Source of the DNA: Selaginella moellendorffii | Lineage: Eukaryota > Plantae > Lycopodiophyta | NCBI RefSeq assembly: GCF_000143415.4 | Contig: NW_003314271.1 | Location: 124,001 to 188,000 of the forward strand | Direction: 5' to 3' | Length of the DNA: 64,000 nucleotides | Shown: positions 37,623 through 50,474 of the stretch, in pieces | Layout: every line of letters starts with the position of its first letter | Position numbering within the stretch: position 1 is the stretch's first letter | Position numbers and translations under genes: made by a program | Notes under the pieces: model-generated | What the model was told of the DNA's origin: nothing | What the model saw: only the letters and a program-made list of their open reading frames with translations | Databases searched by the model: none

Positions 37623-40277
37623 TGTGAGACACAAATTCCCTAGGCCCCAAAGTGGAGCCGAAAGGGTGCCACGTGGTAGTGGCCAAAGTGAAAGCCAAAC
37701 GAGTGTAACACGTTTGGACTAAAACTTCCGACTTGAAAGGTCGAGAGGGGGAGTGGAACTCCCAATGAAGTGCTTGGGGAACAAGCACAAAACAAGTAAT
37801 AAGTGAGTCTTTAGAAAAGGGACACAAGAGGACCAACACATGACACATGGAGGAGTTTGAGATGGACCCGAGATGGAGTCCCAGATGGAGTTTGAGATGG
37901 AGTCCGAGATGGACCCGAGATGGAGTCTGAGATGGATTCGAAATGGAGTCCTAGATGGACCCGAGATGGAGTCCAAGATGGACCCGAGATGGAGTCCGAG
38001 ATGGAGTCCGAGATGGACTCGAGATGGACCCAAGATGGAGTTCGAGATGGACCCGAGATGGAGTCCAAGATGGAGTTTGAGATGGACCTGAAATGGAGTC
38101 CGAGATGGAACCGAGAAAGAGACCGAGACCGAGATCAAGTCCGAGTCCAAAATCGGGACTGAGACCGAGTTCGAGTCTGAGTCCGAATTCAAGTCCGAGC
38201 CCGAATACTAATACAGGCTGTTGGGTGAAAGCCCAAAGTGATCTTCCCCCAGGGGGGCAATTGCAAGGGGTTCCAAAAGTATAGTAGGGAGAGTGTGGGG
38301 GTTGGAGCCTAGTGGAGCCAGTTTGGCCCAGGAAGGCTGTACCCAGGTGTTAGGTGATGAGCTGACCACTGGGAAGTCCAAGACTAAAGTGAATACAGAC
38401 TGACAAGTGGGGTAGCTTGGTGAAGTGTTCAAGAGTTGGCTCTAGTTCCCCCAGGAGATCGAATGGTCAATGCTTCAAGTCCAAGTGTGGGTGGCACTAC
38501 TTACTTGGATACTTGACGTGGCTCAACAGAACCTCACTCTAAGCCCATGGTTAGAACACCCAAAGGTGGAAGGTGGGAAGAGTACCCATGAGGCTCGCGT
38601 AGGGCCGTGGTGTTCCGAAATGTTGTCCCAAAGGCCCAGACTGTGGAAAGGAAGAGGAGTAATCCTCTAGTATAGTGACCAAGGATATAGTCGTGTGGTG
38701 AGGAAGTCCCAAAGGACAGTGGGACTTAGTGGTCGGGCATATGGATCTCGATCCAGTGGTAGTGTTGGCAAATAAGGCCATGGGTAGAAAGGGACTTGGT
38801 GGGGACCGGAGAAGGGATATTGGGGAAAACTATTCCCCATGTTTGCAAGCATCTTAAGGATGTTAAGAAGTGAATTTGGGATGATCACTCATGGATGGAT
38901 GGCCCAATCTTTTTGAGATGAGACTGTGATATAGGTGGTGTCAGACCATTGGTGGGACCCAAGACTTAGGACTTACGGAGGTAGGATTTACGGAGGTTGT
39001 GAGTGAGATTCTTCTAAGTAGTCGGAGGTGTGGTTAAATGACTAAAGTAGAATGGAAAATTTGGTCGTTTACAACTTAATATTAGAGCTGTTCCTTAGTG
39101 CGACTCTTATTGGTGCTCAAGTATATCATCGCTAGTGTTGGCATCGGAAGGTCCTAGGAGTGGGCCTATCCTTGAGGAGTAGTAGGTCGGGAAAACATGG
39201 CTCTTCATTACAATTCATGTGTGAACTTGTAAGCGAGGTGGTGGATAGAAAAGGGTCAATAATGAAATGACTTTGGGATCTTGGGAACAGTATAAAGTTT
39301 CTTCAGAGAGTTGAGGATGTGATCTAGAGGAGCGTTTGACTTAGCAAACTAACTAATATAGTTGTGGTAAACAACTATAGTTGAGATCACAGGAAAGATA
39401 GAGACTCTAAAACAATAAAGAAGTCACAAGATTATCCTTATATAGTTGAGGTTAGTGCTCATGAATTTGAAACCGGAATTAATGACTGTGAGAGGGGTAA
39501 AATACGGACGAGGATACAAGTCTTTGAAATGGTAGCCGGAGCTACATTTTTTAAATGCTGGACCAAACCCAAGGAGTTAGGGGTGTGCTCAGAGGATGAG
39601 TTAGTATTTTCATCATATGGATGGATAGTCCTAAGGGGTAAAGGCAGCCCACATGAAACGGAAAATAATCAAGTGTCAGAGTAACACTAGCATGCATGGT
39701 CCTTATAAGTAGGACATGAATACAAAAAGTTGTATTTTAACGAGCTTGCACCTCAAAATGGGACCTTATATGTCGTCGATTAGTGAAGTTCAAAAAGCTA
39801 GATAACTCGAGTGGAGTCAAGGAATGGTCCCAAAGGACTGATGGAAGCATTTGGATTGAGGTGTGTTGTACCCCACGAACAATGGGGAGGATCATACAAT
39901 CCAAGTATGAGAACCATGGGTATCTCATTGATGGCAGAATGTGCCATGCTAAAGTCATGGGAAAGGTGTTCCCAAAAAGAAAGCAATTTTGACACAAAGT
40001 TGTGTGTAAACTTTATGGTGCAATGCTAATAGATAGTTGGCATAAGAAAGAACTATATTGGTCTTGGCAAGGACCTAGACACGAAAAAGAAGTGTTGTAA
40101 ATGTAGGCTCGTGGAGCTAATGGTGTGGAGACAGCAAATGTGCCAAAGCGTGATGCCTTGAGGTCAAGTTGGCAGGGTAATGAGAACCCCTTTCTAGAGG
40201 AATCCTAATGGAAATGGGAATTGCATGGCCTAAGCTGGAAGGCATGCAGTTGGAGTGTGGTGACCCAAATAATGATG
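37623..40277 (+). mobile_element. Family-B LTR element, 5' LTR (37623-39073) plus truncated non-coding interior, nested in family-A pol
   Basis: TGTGAGACAC..TTACA, decayed PBS (taatattagagc); reverse-complement match to 59180-61814. Confidence 0.8.
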
Positions 40278-42535
40278 GGTAGGCCACTTTCACTGAGCTT
40301 TATCCAACTTCTTTGAGAAGAACGCTACCTAGATAGTTGTTTTGTTTCAAAACTATGCCCAACACAAAGTCTGAAGCATCTATTTCTACCTCAAAGTCTT
40401 TACCAAAGTCTGATAATGCCAATATAAGAACCTTCCTCAATTTCCCTTTGAGGTGAATAAATGCTATATTGCATTCCACTGTCCATATCATTTTCTCTTT
40501 TCCCGTTTAGTCCATTAAAGGCAAGGGTACTCTCAAATAGTGTTTGATAAATTTTTGGTAGTAGTTGCATAACCCCAAGAATGCCCTTAACTCGTGTATA
40601 TTCAATGGTCGTTCCCATTCCTCGATCACTTGGACCTTCTTAGGGTCCACTTCGAGTCCATTTTGGCCCACCACATACCCGAGAAATTTTACGTCTTGTT
40701 AAGCAAAGTTATAGTTACTCTTTTTAGCATACAGCTAGTGTTCCTTTAGTTTCTCAAATACCTTCATTAAATGTTTGGCATGCTCCTCTAATGTCTCGCT
40801 ATAGATCAAGATGTCGTCAATCTAAACGACTATGAAATGATCCAAGTAGGGTACAAAAATGTGGTTCATCATTGCCAAGAATGTTGCTAATGCATTGCAC
40901 AGCCCAAAGGGCATCACTAAAAACTTAAAGCTTCTATACCTTGTCCGCCAGATTGTTTTCTCGACATCTTCCTTTGCTACCCTGATTTAGTAGTATCCAA
41001 ACTTTAGGTCAATCCTTGAGAAGTATTTTGCCTTTCCCAACCTATCAAATAAGTCTTCAATCCTTGGTAAATCTATGCATATGTGCATAGATTCATCTTT
41101 CTTTTTCACAAATAACACTAATGGTAACTTGTTCAACCTAACATACCCTTTATCCACCAACTTATCAAATTGGTGTTTAAGCTCCTTGAGTTCCTTTTTG
41201 TTCAACCGATAGGGGGGACGAACCACCGTCTTAGCACCCTCAACCAACTCAATTTTATGTTTTATCGGTCGTTCGGGGGGTAACCTCGCTGATAGCTCTT
41301 CCAGCATGGTATTTTGGAATTGGTTCAACACCCACTAAATCACTAAAGGTATTTATTTTGTTCCCGTCTTTTTATCACCCCTCACCGAGAATAAGTACAA
41401 AAATGTTACTTTGGTTCCTTTAGTGAGTTGTCTTTTCGTGGATACTAGGTTCAAGCAAGAGTCTTTGGCCTTACATTGCCCTACTTTTAGATCCTAAGCC
41501 TCCACCTTGGATCGTTTTCCTCAAACATTTGCTAGTACCACAAGGTTCCTACCTTGCCCATGCAGGGCTACCACAAACCGATTGAACTAATCCATCATAA
41601 AGAATATATCAAATTCTACTATGTCCAATATGATGAAATCCATATTTACTTTCTATGTCCCTACTTCAAATCTTGCTTCTCGAAGTACCTAGTTTTGCTT
41701 CTTGAAGTACCTTATTAGTGCTTTGGCTACTTTGAACAAAGTCTATAGTCCTTGATTCACCCAACTATTACATCGTTAGTTTGGCTTGTCGCAATGGTTC
41801 CGGTCTGCTTCAACCTACTTATCTCATCCCTTAGGTGTAGAGTAGTATTTGGAGGAATGTAGGTTGCACAGATCCTTGCCTTTATCATTTCCCAAGTGGG
41901 CATCGGTCCTTCATTGGCTTTTATTGTTCTTCACCAAGACTTAGCATTATCTGTCAAATATGGTTTTACACATGGGACCTTCTCTTAGCTTGGTAACTGC
42001 AACACTCGAAAGTAATCCTCTATATCATAAAACCAATCCTTCACCACCTTATAGTCATTCATTCCCTTGAAGACCAGTGGGGGCTTTAGTTTGTACTTGA
42101 GAACTGCTTGAGGGATTGATTTCACTTCAGTTTGTTCAACTTTGTTTAGTTCCGCATTAGTCCCCACCGAAGGTTCCATGCCTTCTGTAATGTTAGTATC
42201 TACAGTCTCTTGCTTTTTCTTCCGCTTCTCGTCACACTTTAGCTTGCATATGAGAGTCTCTAGCAGGGCATTGGTCTGTACCAATTGTCCGTCTAGAATG
42301 TCCAATCAAGCCTTGGACGACTAAACCTCACCACTGGACTCCTATTTCGAAGTTTCCTCACTAGAGTTCTCTTCATGCAAGGATTCCTCATCTCTAGCCT
42401 CTTATTTAACTGGAGGCTCCAGCTTTGGAAGGGGTTCTGTCTCTACTTTAGTTCTTTTACACCTTGTATTTTCCATCTCTCAGCAATCTGCCTCTATCCT
42501 TTGCTAGAACTGAGGAAAAGACTTCAATACTAAAT
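40278..42535 (-). mobile_element. Family-A Gypsy gag-pol relic (gag, RT, RNase H), heavily disrupted
   Basis: KLKPPLVFKG..DWFYDIEDYF (gag); [22 protein letters not shown]; [35 protein letters not shown]; VMPFGLCNA; DDILIYS; FEVEIDASDFVLGIVL. Confidence 0.9.
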
Positions 42536-42996
42536 TGCAAGCCACAAAATTTTCCTTTTCAATTTGTTAACTTACTTTACTTATCTAACTACCATGGCCT
42601 TGGCCTTAGTTAAGTTCCCTCACCAAGGTTCCTGCTTATTGTACCAGCTCCTACTTAGACCTACTTGGTCTCAACAACTCACTATACGAGTAACGAAGTG
42701 TTAGCCATCCATCCATAGATTCCCAAATTCTTTCTTAATCCCCCTCCCTAGGTTAGACTATACTTAAGGTTTGGCTACACTCCTCATAGGTACAAACAGC
42801 TAAGCACACCAAACCTTCAGATTCCTAACATCCATTAGTACAACAAAATTTGATCATGGGACCTTCTAAATCCCAAGCCTTGAGTGTAACACTTCCTTTG
42901 GGACATTAAAGGGAAACACCATGGCCTAATGGCCCAATATGGGTACCCCTACTCTAACACTTACATCCCAAAGGGAAGGCCCAATCCCCTAGGAAG
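42536..42996 (-). mobile_element. 3' part of a family-A LTR split by the family-B insertion (other part at 61815-62488)
   Basis: Homologous to 35806-36258; ends ...GCTTGCA followed by a decayed PBS (TAGTATTGAAG). Confidence 0.8.
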
Positions 42997-43059
42997 CATC
43001 CCTTGGGGGACGATCGCTTTAGGCTTTCACCCAACAGCCTATATTAGTATTCGGACTTG

Positions 43060-43748
43060 AACTTGGACTCAAACTTGGACTCGGACTCGGTCTCGGTCTT
43101 GGTCTTGGTCTTGGTCTCGATTCCATCTCAGACTCCATCTCAAGCCCATCTCGGACTCCATCTTGGACTCCATCTCGGACTCCATCTTGGGTCCATCTCA
43201 GGTCCATCTCGGACTCCATCTCGGACTCCATCTCGGGTCCATCTCGGACTCCATCTCGGACTCCATCTCGGGTCCATCTCGGACTCCATCTCGGACTCCA
43301 TCTCGGGTCCATCTCGGACTCCATCTCGGGTCCATCTTGGACTCCAACTCGGGTCCATCTCGGACTCCATCTTGGGTCCATCTCGGACTCCATCTCAAGT
43401 CCATCTCGGCCTCCAACTCGGGTCCATCTTGGACTCCATCTTGGACTCCATCTCGAACTCCATCTCGGGTCCATCTCGGATTCCATCTCGGACTCCATCT
43501 CGGACTTCATCTCGGACTCTATCTCAGACTCCATCTCGGGTCCATCTCGGACTCCATCTCAGGTCCATCTCGGACTCCAACTCGGGTCCATCTTGGACTC
43601 CATCTCGAGTCCATCTCGGACTCCAACTCGGGTCCATCTCGGACTCCATCTCGGGTCCATCCTGGGTCCATCTTGGGTCCATCTTGGGTCCATCTTGGAC
43701 TGCATTTTGGGTCCATCTCGGACTCTATTTCAGGTCCATCTCGGACTC
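43060..43748. repeat. Expanded 12-bp minisatellite (GGACTCCATCTC/GGGTCCATCTC) inside the family-B LTR
   Basis: Dozens of near-identical units; shorter arrays at 37855-38200 and 61390-61585. Confidence 0.9.
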
Positions 43749-45358
43749 CTTCACGTGTCATGTGTTGGTTCTCTTGTATCCCTTTTCTAGAGACTCACTT
43801 ATTGCTTGCTTTGTGCTTGTTCATCGAGCACTTCGTTGGGAGTTCCACTCCCTCTCTCGACCTTTCAAGTTGGAGCTTTTAGTCCAAACGTGTTATGCTT
43901 GTTTGGCTTTTGCTTTAGCCACTACCATGTGGCACCCTTTCAACTATACTTTGGGGCCTAGGGATTTTGTGTCTCACAACTCTACCACCCATAGACGAGT
44001 AGTTTCAATTTCCATCGATATAACCTTTGCACTTTGGAACTTTTATTTTTGACTTCTTGAAATCAATTTCCTAGGTGTCTCTGACACCTTGCATTGCACA
44101 TATTGTGCAACTCCACTTCCCCATCTTAGGAAGTTCTCTACTTGAGGGCACCATCATCCTCTTTTCTATTTCATGCCACCTTGGGTACTAAGTTTCAGTT
44201 ATCATAATTTGTGCTAGGGTTGTCCATGGCCCTATTATTTGGCTACCTTACCGTTCCCTACTTTGGAGCTTCTGCTTTCACCAAATTAGAGCAATTGGGA
44301 ATCCATCCTTGGAAACACATTACCTTTCCCACAATTCGTTAGTACTTAACACATTAGTGTTCTTGGCCTAACTTTGCCTTTTTGGATTCTTTCTCATGAT
44401 TCCCATGGCTCCACTAGACTTTTGCTTCTATCCTTGATTGTTGCACCCAACAACATTAGATTGTTACCTCTATTCTTGAGGTATCCTTTTGGTTCCATAG
44501 CAAAGACTTTGCTTTGCCAAGTCCAGAGGGTGTTCCTAGTACGTCTCTTACTAGAAAGTAGTCTGTTATAGAGACTACTTTCTTCGGACTCACTATGCTA
44601 TCGCATTGTCACAGATCATTTCCCTTAGGTGTTCTTCCCACTTGGTCACTTTAATCAAGCCACACCATCATCAATAGTTCAAATCAACACTTTGAATTAA
44701 GCTCTATTTCATTAAAGTGGGATTTATTCAGTAAAATGGGATTAGGTACAAATTTTCAAGTATTTGAAAATGACGTGAAATTATATGTTTTTTGTCCAGG
44801 GGCTAGACATATCTGGGGCATGGTGACTAGCGCGGTGACTTTGTGTCCAGACTGAGTCCATCTGGTTGTATAATAAATCTCATTGTCAAGGTGAACAAGC
44901 CGAATCTGAAGCTAAAGAAGAGCGTTGGCATGCACGCACACACTATTTGTTTGTTCATTGAGCGTGTGGTGAGCTTTCCAAGATGAACGTCATTCCTATT
45001 AGCCAGACATATAACTTAATGGTGAGAACATTTCGATATTATTCAATGTTATCTTTTTTTAACGAATCTAATTGTGAAGGTGTAGCAAGAGGCATTGCTA
45101 GTCTGGAGAAGTCATTTAACTCATTTGACCCTTAGTGTATTTTCATGAAACTAAATAACATTCATATTATTAAGGAATTTCTCTAGTACCTTTTTTTTAC
45201 GACATAGAGGCTTGCATTTCTTTCAAAGGTGATTTAGTAAAAGGCCTGAGGGCACATGCCATTCTATTTCTCAGACCGGTATTAAGATATACTAGTGCAA
45301 AGGGAAAAAGGTATTTGGTGATCAAGTAAATGGCATGAGGGCACATGCCATTATAAGC

Positions 45359-45616
45359 CTAAGCGCTAGTGGACACCTCTTTTTTGGTACTCTCAGCGGT
45401 ACTATCATCCTTCTCCGGGTCAGTTGTTTTGCTTTGGATTGTTGTCTCTGACGTTACTGGGGCGTTCTCGATAGTTGTTAATGTTGCCGTTTGTTCAGAA
45501 AAATGATCACCTGGAGTATAGTACGGGGAGTTTGGAAGACTTATATATTCTACATCTTCACCTATCTCCTTCTCCGTCTCTTTTTCTGCCTCACTTACAG
45601 ATTTTGTACTTGCCAT
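45359..45616 (-). CDS. Small acidic Thr/Glu-rich ORF inside the transposon (possible cargo exon)
   Basis: ATG-initiated MASTKSVSEAEKETEKEIGEDVEY...; composition looks coding; no family recognised. Confidence 0.3.
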   Translation of the reverse strand: MASTKSVSEAEKETEKEIGEDVEYISLPNSPYYTPGDHFSEQTATLTTIENAPVTSETTIQSKTTDPEKDDSTAESTKKEVSTSA

Positions 45617-46329
45617 GCGAACGCTCTTCACCCTAAAATATGGAGTTCGTTGTGTTATAAAAGGAAACCAACACACACGCTACAAGGGAATGATGGTACA
45701 TAAAGCACGTAAGCCCACAATATGGGTTTATGTGCCATTAATATGGGCCATACGCCATATTATTAGATTTATGCACGTGTGATTGGTAAATGCATATGTC
45801 ACATCATCTTTGTTTTACCTCACACACTATATCAGGCCTAATGAACCATATCACATGTGTGCACATGCTATATATATGGAGAAGTATTATGCAAGGATAG
45901 AAAAATTCAATGCATGATTGTGGAGAGCAATGGCATGAAGCCACATGCTAAATAACATTTTAGAGAAAGAATTAAAATAGAAACATGCAAACAATACTGA
46001 GTGGACCAAGACTTAGAAGTGCACAATTGAATGAGGTATTTCTAATAAATATTTCACTCACCTCATATAGGAATGGCTACCACTCTCAAATGGCGTATCG
46101 CCTCATGCCATCACCTCGCAATTTGTTATAACAATCCGATGAATTTATATTCGGCTTATTCACCTTGAACTTTAAGTAAGATTTGCTAGAACAACTAAGA
46201 ATTTATACTTGTTATTTGTATCATCTCACCTAGGAATGGCGTAAGGCCACATGCCATCACGCCTCGTCTGATTCAGATTCGGATTGTTCACCTTGAAATA
46301 AAATACATTAGAAACTTAGTAAAGGAATA

Positions 46330-49155
46330 TTAATGAATCTCACCTTGAACCCGGGTTATGAATGCTCTTGCTGCATCTCTTGCATGGTCTGGCAAGGTGA
46401 TGGTGGCACTCTGCTTCCGCATCCAACCATGCACAACATTATCCACCGATATGCTCATGCTGGGATCCCTTGGATTCAACACCCATCTCTTTTCTAGGCA
46501 ATCCTTCGTATATCCGGAACTTGGCTTGAACCACTCCACAATTACATTGAAGGAGTTAGTTTCCGCGTCCTCCTCTGCATCAGTGATGCAGCGCCCCACC
46601 CATATCATTTGTTTTTTATTATTGGGTCTGACAAGCACGACCATTCCTTTGCAGACTTGTACTGGATTGAATGCTGAATCCGGCTTCTTGTTCCTCGGCC
46701 CACAATAGTGATCCTCAACATCGTTATCTGTCACTGCATTTCCAGAGGACATTGTTCCGCTACTATCTGGTGCTCTAGGTTCTGGCCAAAAGGACTCTTC
46801 CAATTCTTCATATACAACCGGCCCATTTTGGATAGCAGATATAATCTTCTCCCAGTATTCAAGCAAAGGCTTGCACCTTTGAAAATAGGATTCTCCACCA
46901 AACACCAACCCCCTCTTCCAGAAGGCAATATGCTATCTAATCCCGGCCACTATACTTTCCTGGTCTTTGAGTCCATCCGGGTGCATCGGCCGTGGGGAAC
47001 CCTGAGGAATCATAGGTTCCCCAGTTATGGGATCTCTCTTGAAGAGTTCAATGCCGTCCACTGGCAGCCACACTGTGTCCCATTCTCTCATCTTGTACTT
47101 CATCACTGGAGCACTGTCACGCATGCTGAAATGAAACTGAAGAGGCTTGGAGTGGCCAATCAGCGTTTTGGATCCGTCCCTGATATAGCCTCTTACAAAC
47201 CCCTTAAAGTCTGGAACCTCTGTCACAAGTGCAGCTTCAACAGTGCCTTTGATGCAATTTTGGAATTCATCGTAGAGTTGTGGGAGGGTGAGGACATTGG
47301 ATCGCCGGAGGGACTCTGCCAGGTGACTGAACATGGCATCGACATCTTCATAAGTGTGCCCAACCATGAGAAAGCCAAGTGTAACCGTTTCAAATATGCC
47401 TTTGGCAACAAGCATCGCCAAGTACGCGAAGACGTACATGTTTTTGTTCTCACTGCCAGCATTGTCTGTTTGGAGCAGAAGATGGGGTGGAAGGCCACAT
47501 CGGCCGCAAGAACTTCCTTGAGATTCTGCTTCGTTTGGATGAGGCTGTGCATTCACCGGGCGACCAGCCTCGTCAGAATGGCATGAGGCCTCACGTGATA
47601 ACCCTACAATCTGACGGCCAACATATTCACTGGGATGGCATGGGGCCCCACGCGATACTGCAAGCCTTTGCTCCTCCTCCAGCTGAACCCTGTATGGGGT
47701 TCGATCGACAAGGGCCTTATGCAAGGGTTGGCCGTTCAGCTCAGTCTGCGCACTTTACAAAGACCTTAAGTGTTTTGCTAGGGACGCAATCATCATGTTT
47801 GCACCCCCGCCACCCCATAGAGGTACAAAGAAGTTCCCATAGTTCTGGGCACCATGCCCATGAGCGATTATGCCAAATAGAGACACAGGCAGCTGCATGG
47901 ATGAAGAGATTGCCTTGGAGGCAGGATTGAGTCGAGGTAAGCACGTCTTTTTCTGGTCCATTTTGTCGTGGATGATGCAGAGGTAAGAGTCAGGTCTCTC
48001 CATGGAGAGAATCCTGTTATGATAATATGCAGTCCTGCAGCTTCTCTGCTCGATGTTGTGGTCGAGCCGCCTTCTAACCAACGTCTCTCGCTCTTGAGCG
48101 ATGCAAGAATTCTTCGACAAAGCCATTTTGATAGCAGTGCACTTGTCACACTTTGAAAAGCTGGAGTACTTTCCTATACTCACATCCCTGAACCTGTTGC
48201 TCCACAATCTACTAAATCTAGATTGGCTCAGCTTCTTGTAGCCATTACTCTGGAGTTCCCGATTCACATCTTCCAATATGGCCCCCTTGGTATACATGGA
48301 AGGGAGAACTCGTTGGGTGTCTCGTGTTCCATCTTCCAAGAGGCGGGTTTTATGTGGTTGCTGCTCGCTACATGTCTCGACAAACCTCTTGAAGATTGCC
48401 TCTCCATATACAACATGACCCCTGGTTTTGTGCGTACCGTCGTTCCCATGGACTGCCTGTTGAACCCTTCATTCCTCGAACTCAGTTTTGATTCTGTAGA
48501 ATGTGGTTTGAGGGACTCCATAAATGATTCTCCATGCCTTCATGCAGACCAAACCCCTCTGGAAGACCATGCCCCCCACCTGATGTTCTGAAGCATCAAC
48601 AGATGACCGTAATGCCTCATACACAAAATTGCGAGCTGCCTTCCAGGACAATGTCTTGTATCTTGCTCTCTCCTCTTCAATAGCATCCCAATCAGCATGT
48701 TGACAACACCTCCTTTTGCAACAAGCAACTGTCGAGACCATTCGAACCTCTATCGCCATTTTCTGCCTTTTCAGTTCGTTGCTCAGATCCCTTTGGCTGC
48801 ACTTTAGGAAGGTGTACTTTCTTTTCTCATGAAGAGATGTTCTGTCATCAGTTGTAGTGGTGTTTGATTGTGAATCCTTCACATTCTCAAACACTAAGTG
48901 CCTCAATTTCCACCGCACAATGCTTTCAATAGTCAGACTGTTTTCTTCTGTGTCAACAACCTCTAAAATTGCAACTCTAATATCATCCCAGCCCAATTCT
49001 TGATTAGCAACCGCATCTCTTGGATCGACAACTGTGGCTAAGCCCTCAGCTACCACCTCCCCCTCGGGGTTGTTTAGAAACACCTTTGCCTGAATCCATG
49101 TAACACGGTTTTTAAGATCCACGGAGGGAACATGCGTCGCACTTGTGGAGGCCAT
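46330..49155 (-). pseudogene. Sola-type DDD transposase (~940 codons in one frame with three in-frame stops)
   Basis: ORFs 48469..49155, 47755..48339, 46933..47724 and 46330..46908 share one frame. Motifs FSKCDKC, YLCIIHDKMDQKKT, GGANM, LLLQTDNAGSENKN, FLMVGHTYEDVDAMFS. Confidence 0.85.
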
Positions 49156-49521
49156 TCTGAAAGTGCAGAAAAGAAGTTAAGACTATACAAAAAATGATTG
49201 GAGAATGGCCTAAATCATAACATACCAAACAACCTCAATAGCATGAGGCCACATGCCATTATTCAAACATGCTATTGACACCCACGTGAAATTTCGCATT
49301 TACAAAATTGGCATGAGGCCTCATGCCATCTTGATATACACACAGCTGCAGGCAAATAAAAACATACATGACAATACGCTAGCCATGAAATTGCAAGGGC
49401 CCAAGATGGCATGTGGCCTCATGCCATTTCTAAATGTGGTCCTAAGCCATTCCATGGTGAACATACCAGGAAGCACAAGTGCCGAATATCAAGAGGAAGC
49501 GGTAGCCACACCAAAGACAGT

Positions 49522-49640
49522 GCCGCTCGCAACACCGCAACTACTCGTAGCGTCGCTCGCAACACCGCAATTGCTCGTAGCGCCGCTCGCACAAACTGCC
49601 ACTCACATAAACTGCCGCTCGCAATGGCGCTTGCAATGCC
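49522..49640. repeat. 30-bp GC-rich tandem repeat upstream of the transposase
   Basis: gccgctcgcaacaccgcaa.t.ctcgtagc units repeated 2-3 times. Confidence 0.75.
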
Positions 49641-50450
49641 GCAACCGCTTGTAGACGCATAAACCACAGCTCACAACGCCGCTTACACAAGCAGCGCTCA
49701 CTGCGCTCAGCGGAACCAAGAACACGGCGCACAAAAATGATAGACCTAGGAATGAGTTCGAGAATTCAAAAATAACACACGCTTGAACGTCACATCAAAT
49801 CCTCTGACAAACCAGATCTTATGATTCCTTTGACAAATTTCAAACTGAGTAGCTTCTAGACTTTGCTGTCGGAGGTTGAACTTTGTCACATCATGTCCTT
49901 GCCTCGATCCAGCTGTGCCATGTCAGTGATTCGAACTTTGCCATGCCATGTCAGCGATCTGCGCCAATATTATTCGCCGTGTAAAGGAATAATTATGCTG
50001 TGTGTGTACGTCCATTTATGGCAATATAAGGCCACACGCCATTCAAAGAATAATGCTAGTCGAGCATTTTTTGGTGCATTTTTGGGTTCAAAATTGCATG
50101 AGCCCACACGCTATAAAGTTTACCTGTACCAAAAATAGAAACAGCTTTATTTACTTGGGAATTTAAGTGGTTGAGGCATTTTTAAACTTACAAACACATG
50201 CCCTACTTACATTCCTTTGGTTGCTTAAAATTCAAAAATATTATAAACCTTTCTTTTTGCATTTTCAATGTTTTCAATTATGGTTTTTGATTTTCGCAGG
50301 ACCAGCCTAGTAATCTATTTGCATCCCGTCATGTTTATAACTAGCTTTCGTTTGTCCCCTTCGCTAGCCTGAGATACATCTGCTCGGCATCTGCCTCTTA
50401 CAGCATTTGCCCAGAAAGGGCATCTTTCTTCACGCAGCATTTGCCACATG

Positions 50451-50474
50451 TTTAGGGTTTAGGGTTTAGGGTTT
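50451..50474 (+). repeat. Interstitial plant telomeric repeat (TTTAGGG)3 / telo-box
   Basis: Three perfect TTTAGGG units plus TTT. Confidence 0.85.

Noticed and set aside
37623-43978. Apparent long terminal inverted repeats (TGTGAGACAC...GTGTCTCACA) suggesting a single TIR element
   Set aside because: They are two oppositely oriented family-B LTRs, each with its own PBS or PPT context, and there is no shared TSD.
43019-44052. Long ORFs (331 aa, 239 aa, 171 aa) and CRISPR-like periodicity
   Set aside because: Translations of a 12-bp minisatellite; no unique spacers and no cas genes.
46708-47586. 292-aa plus-strand ORF
   Set aside because: Antisense shadow of the transposase with no motifs.
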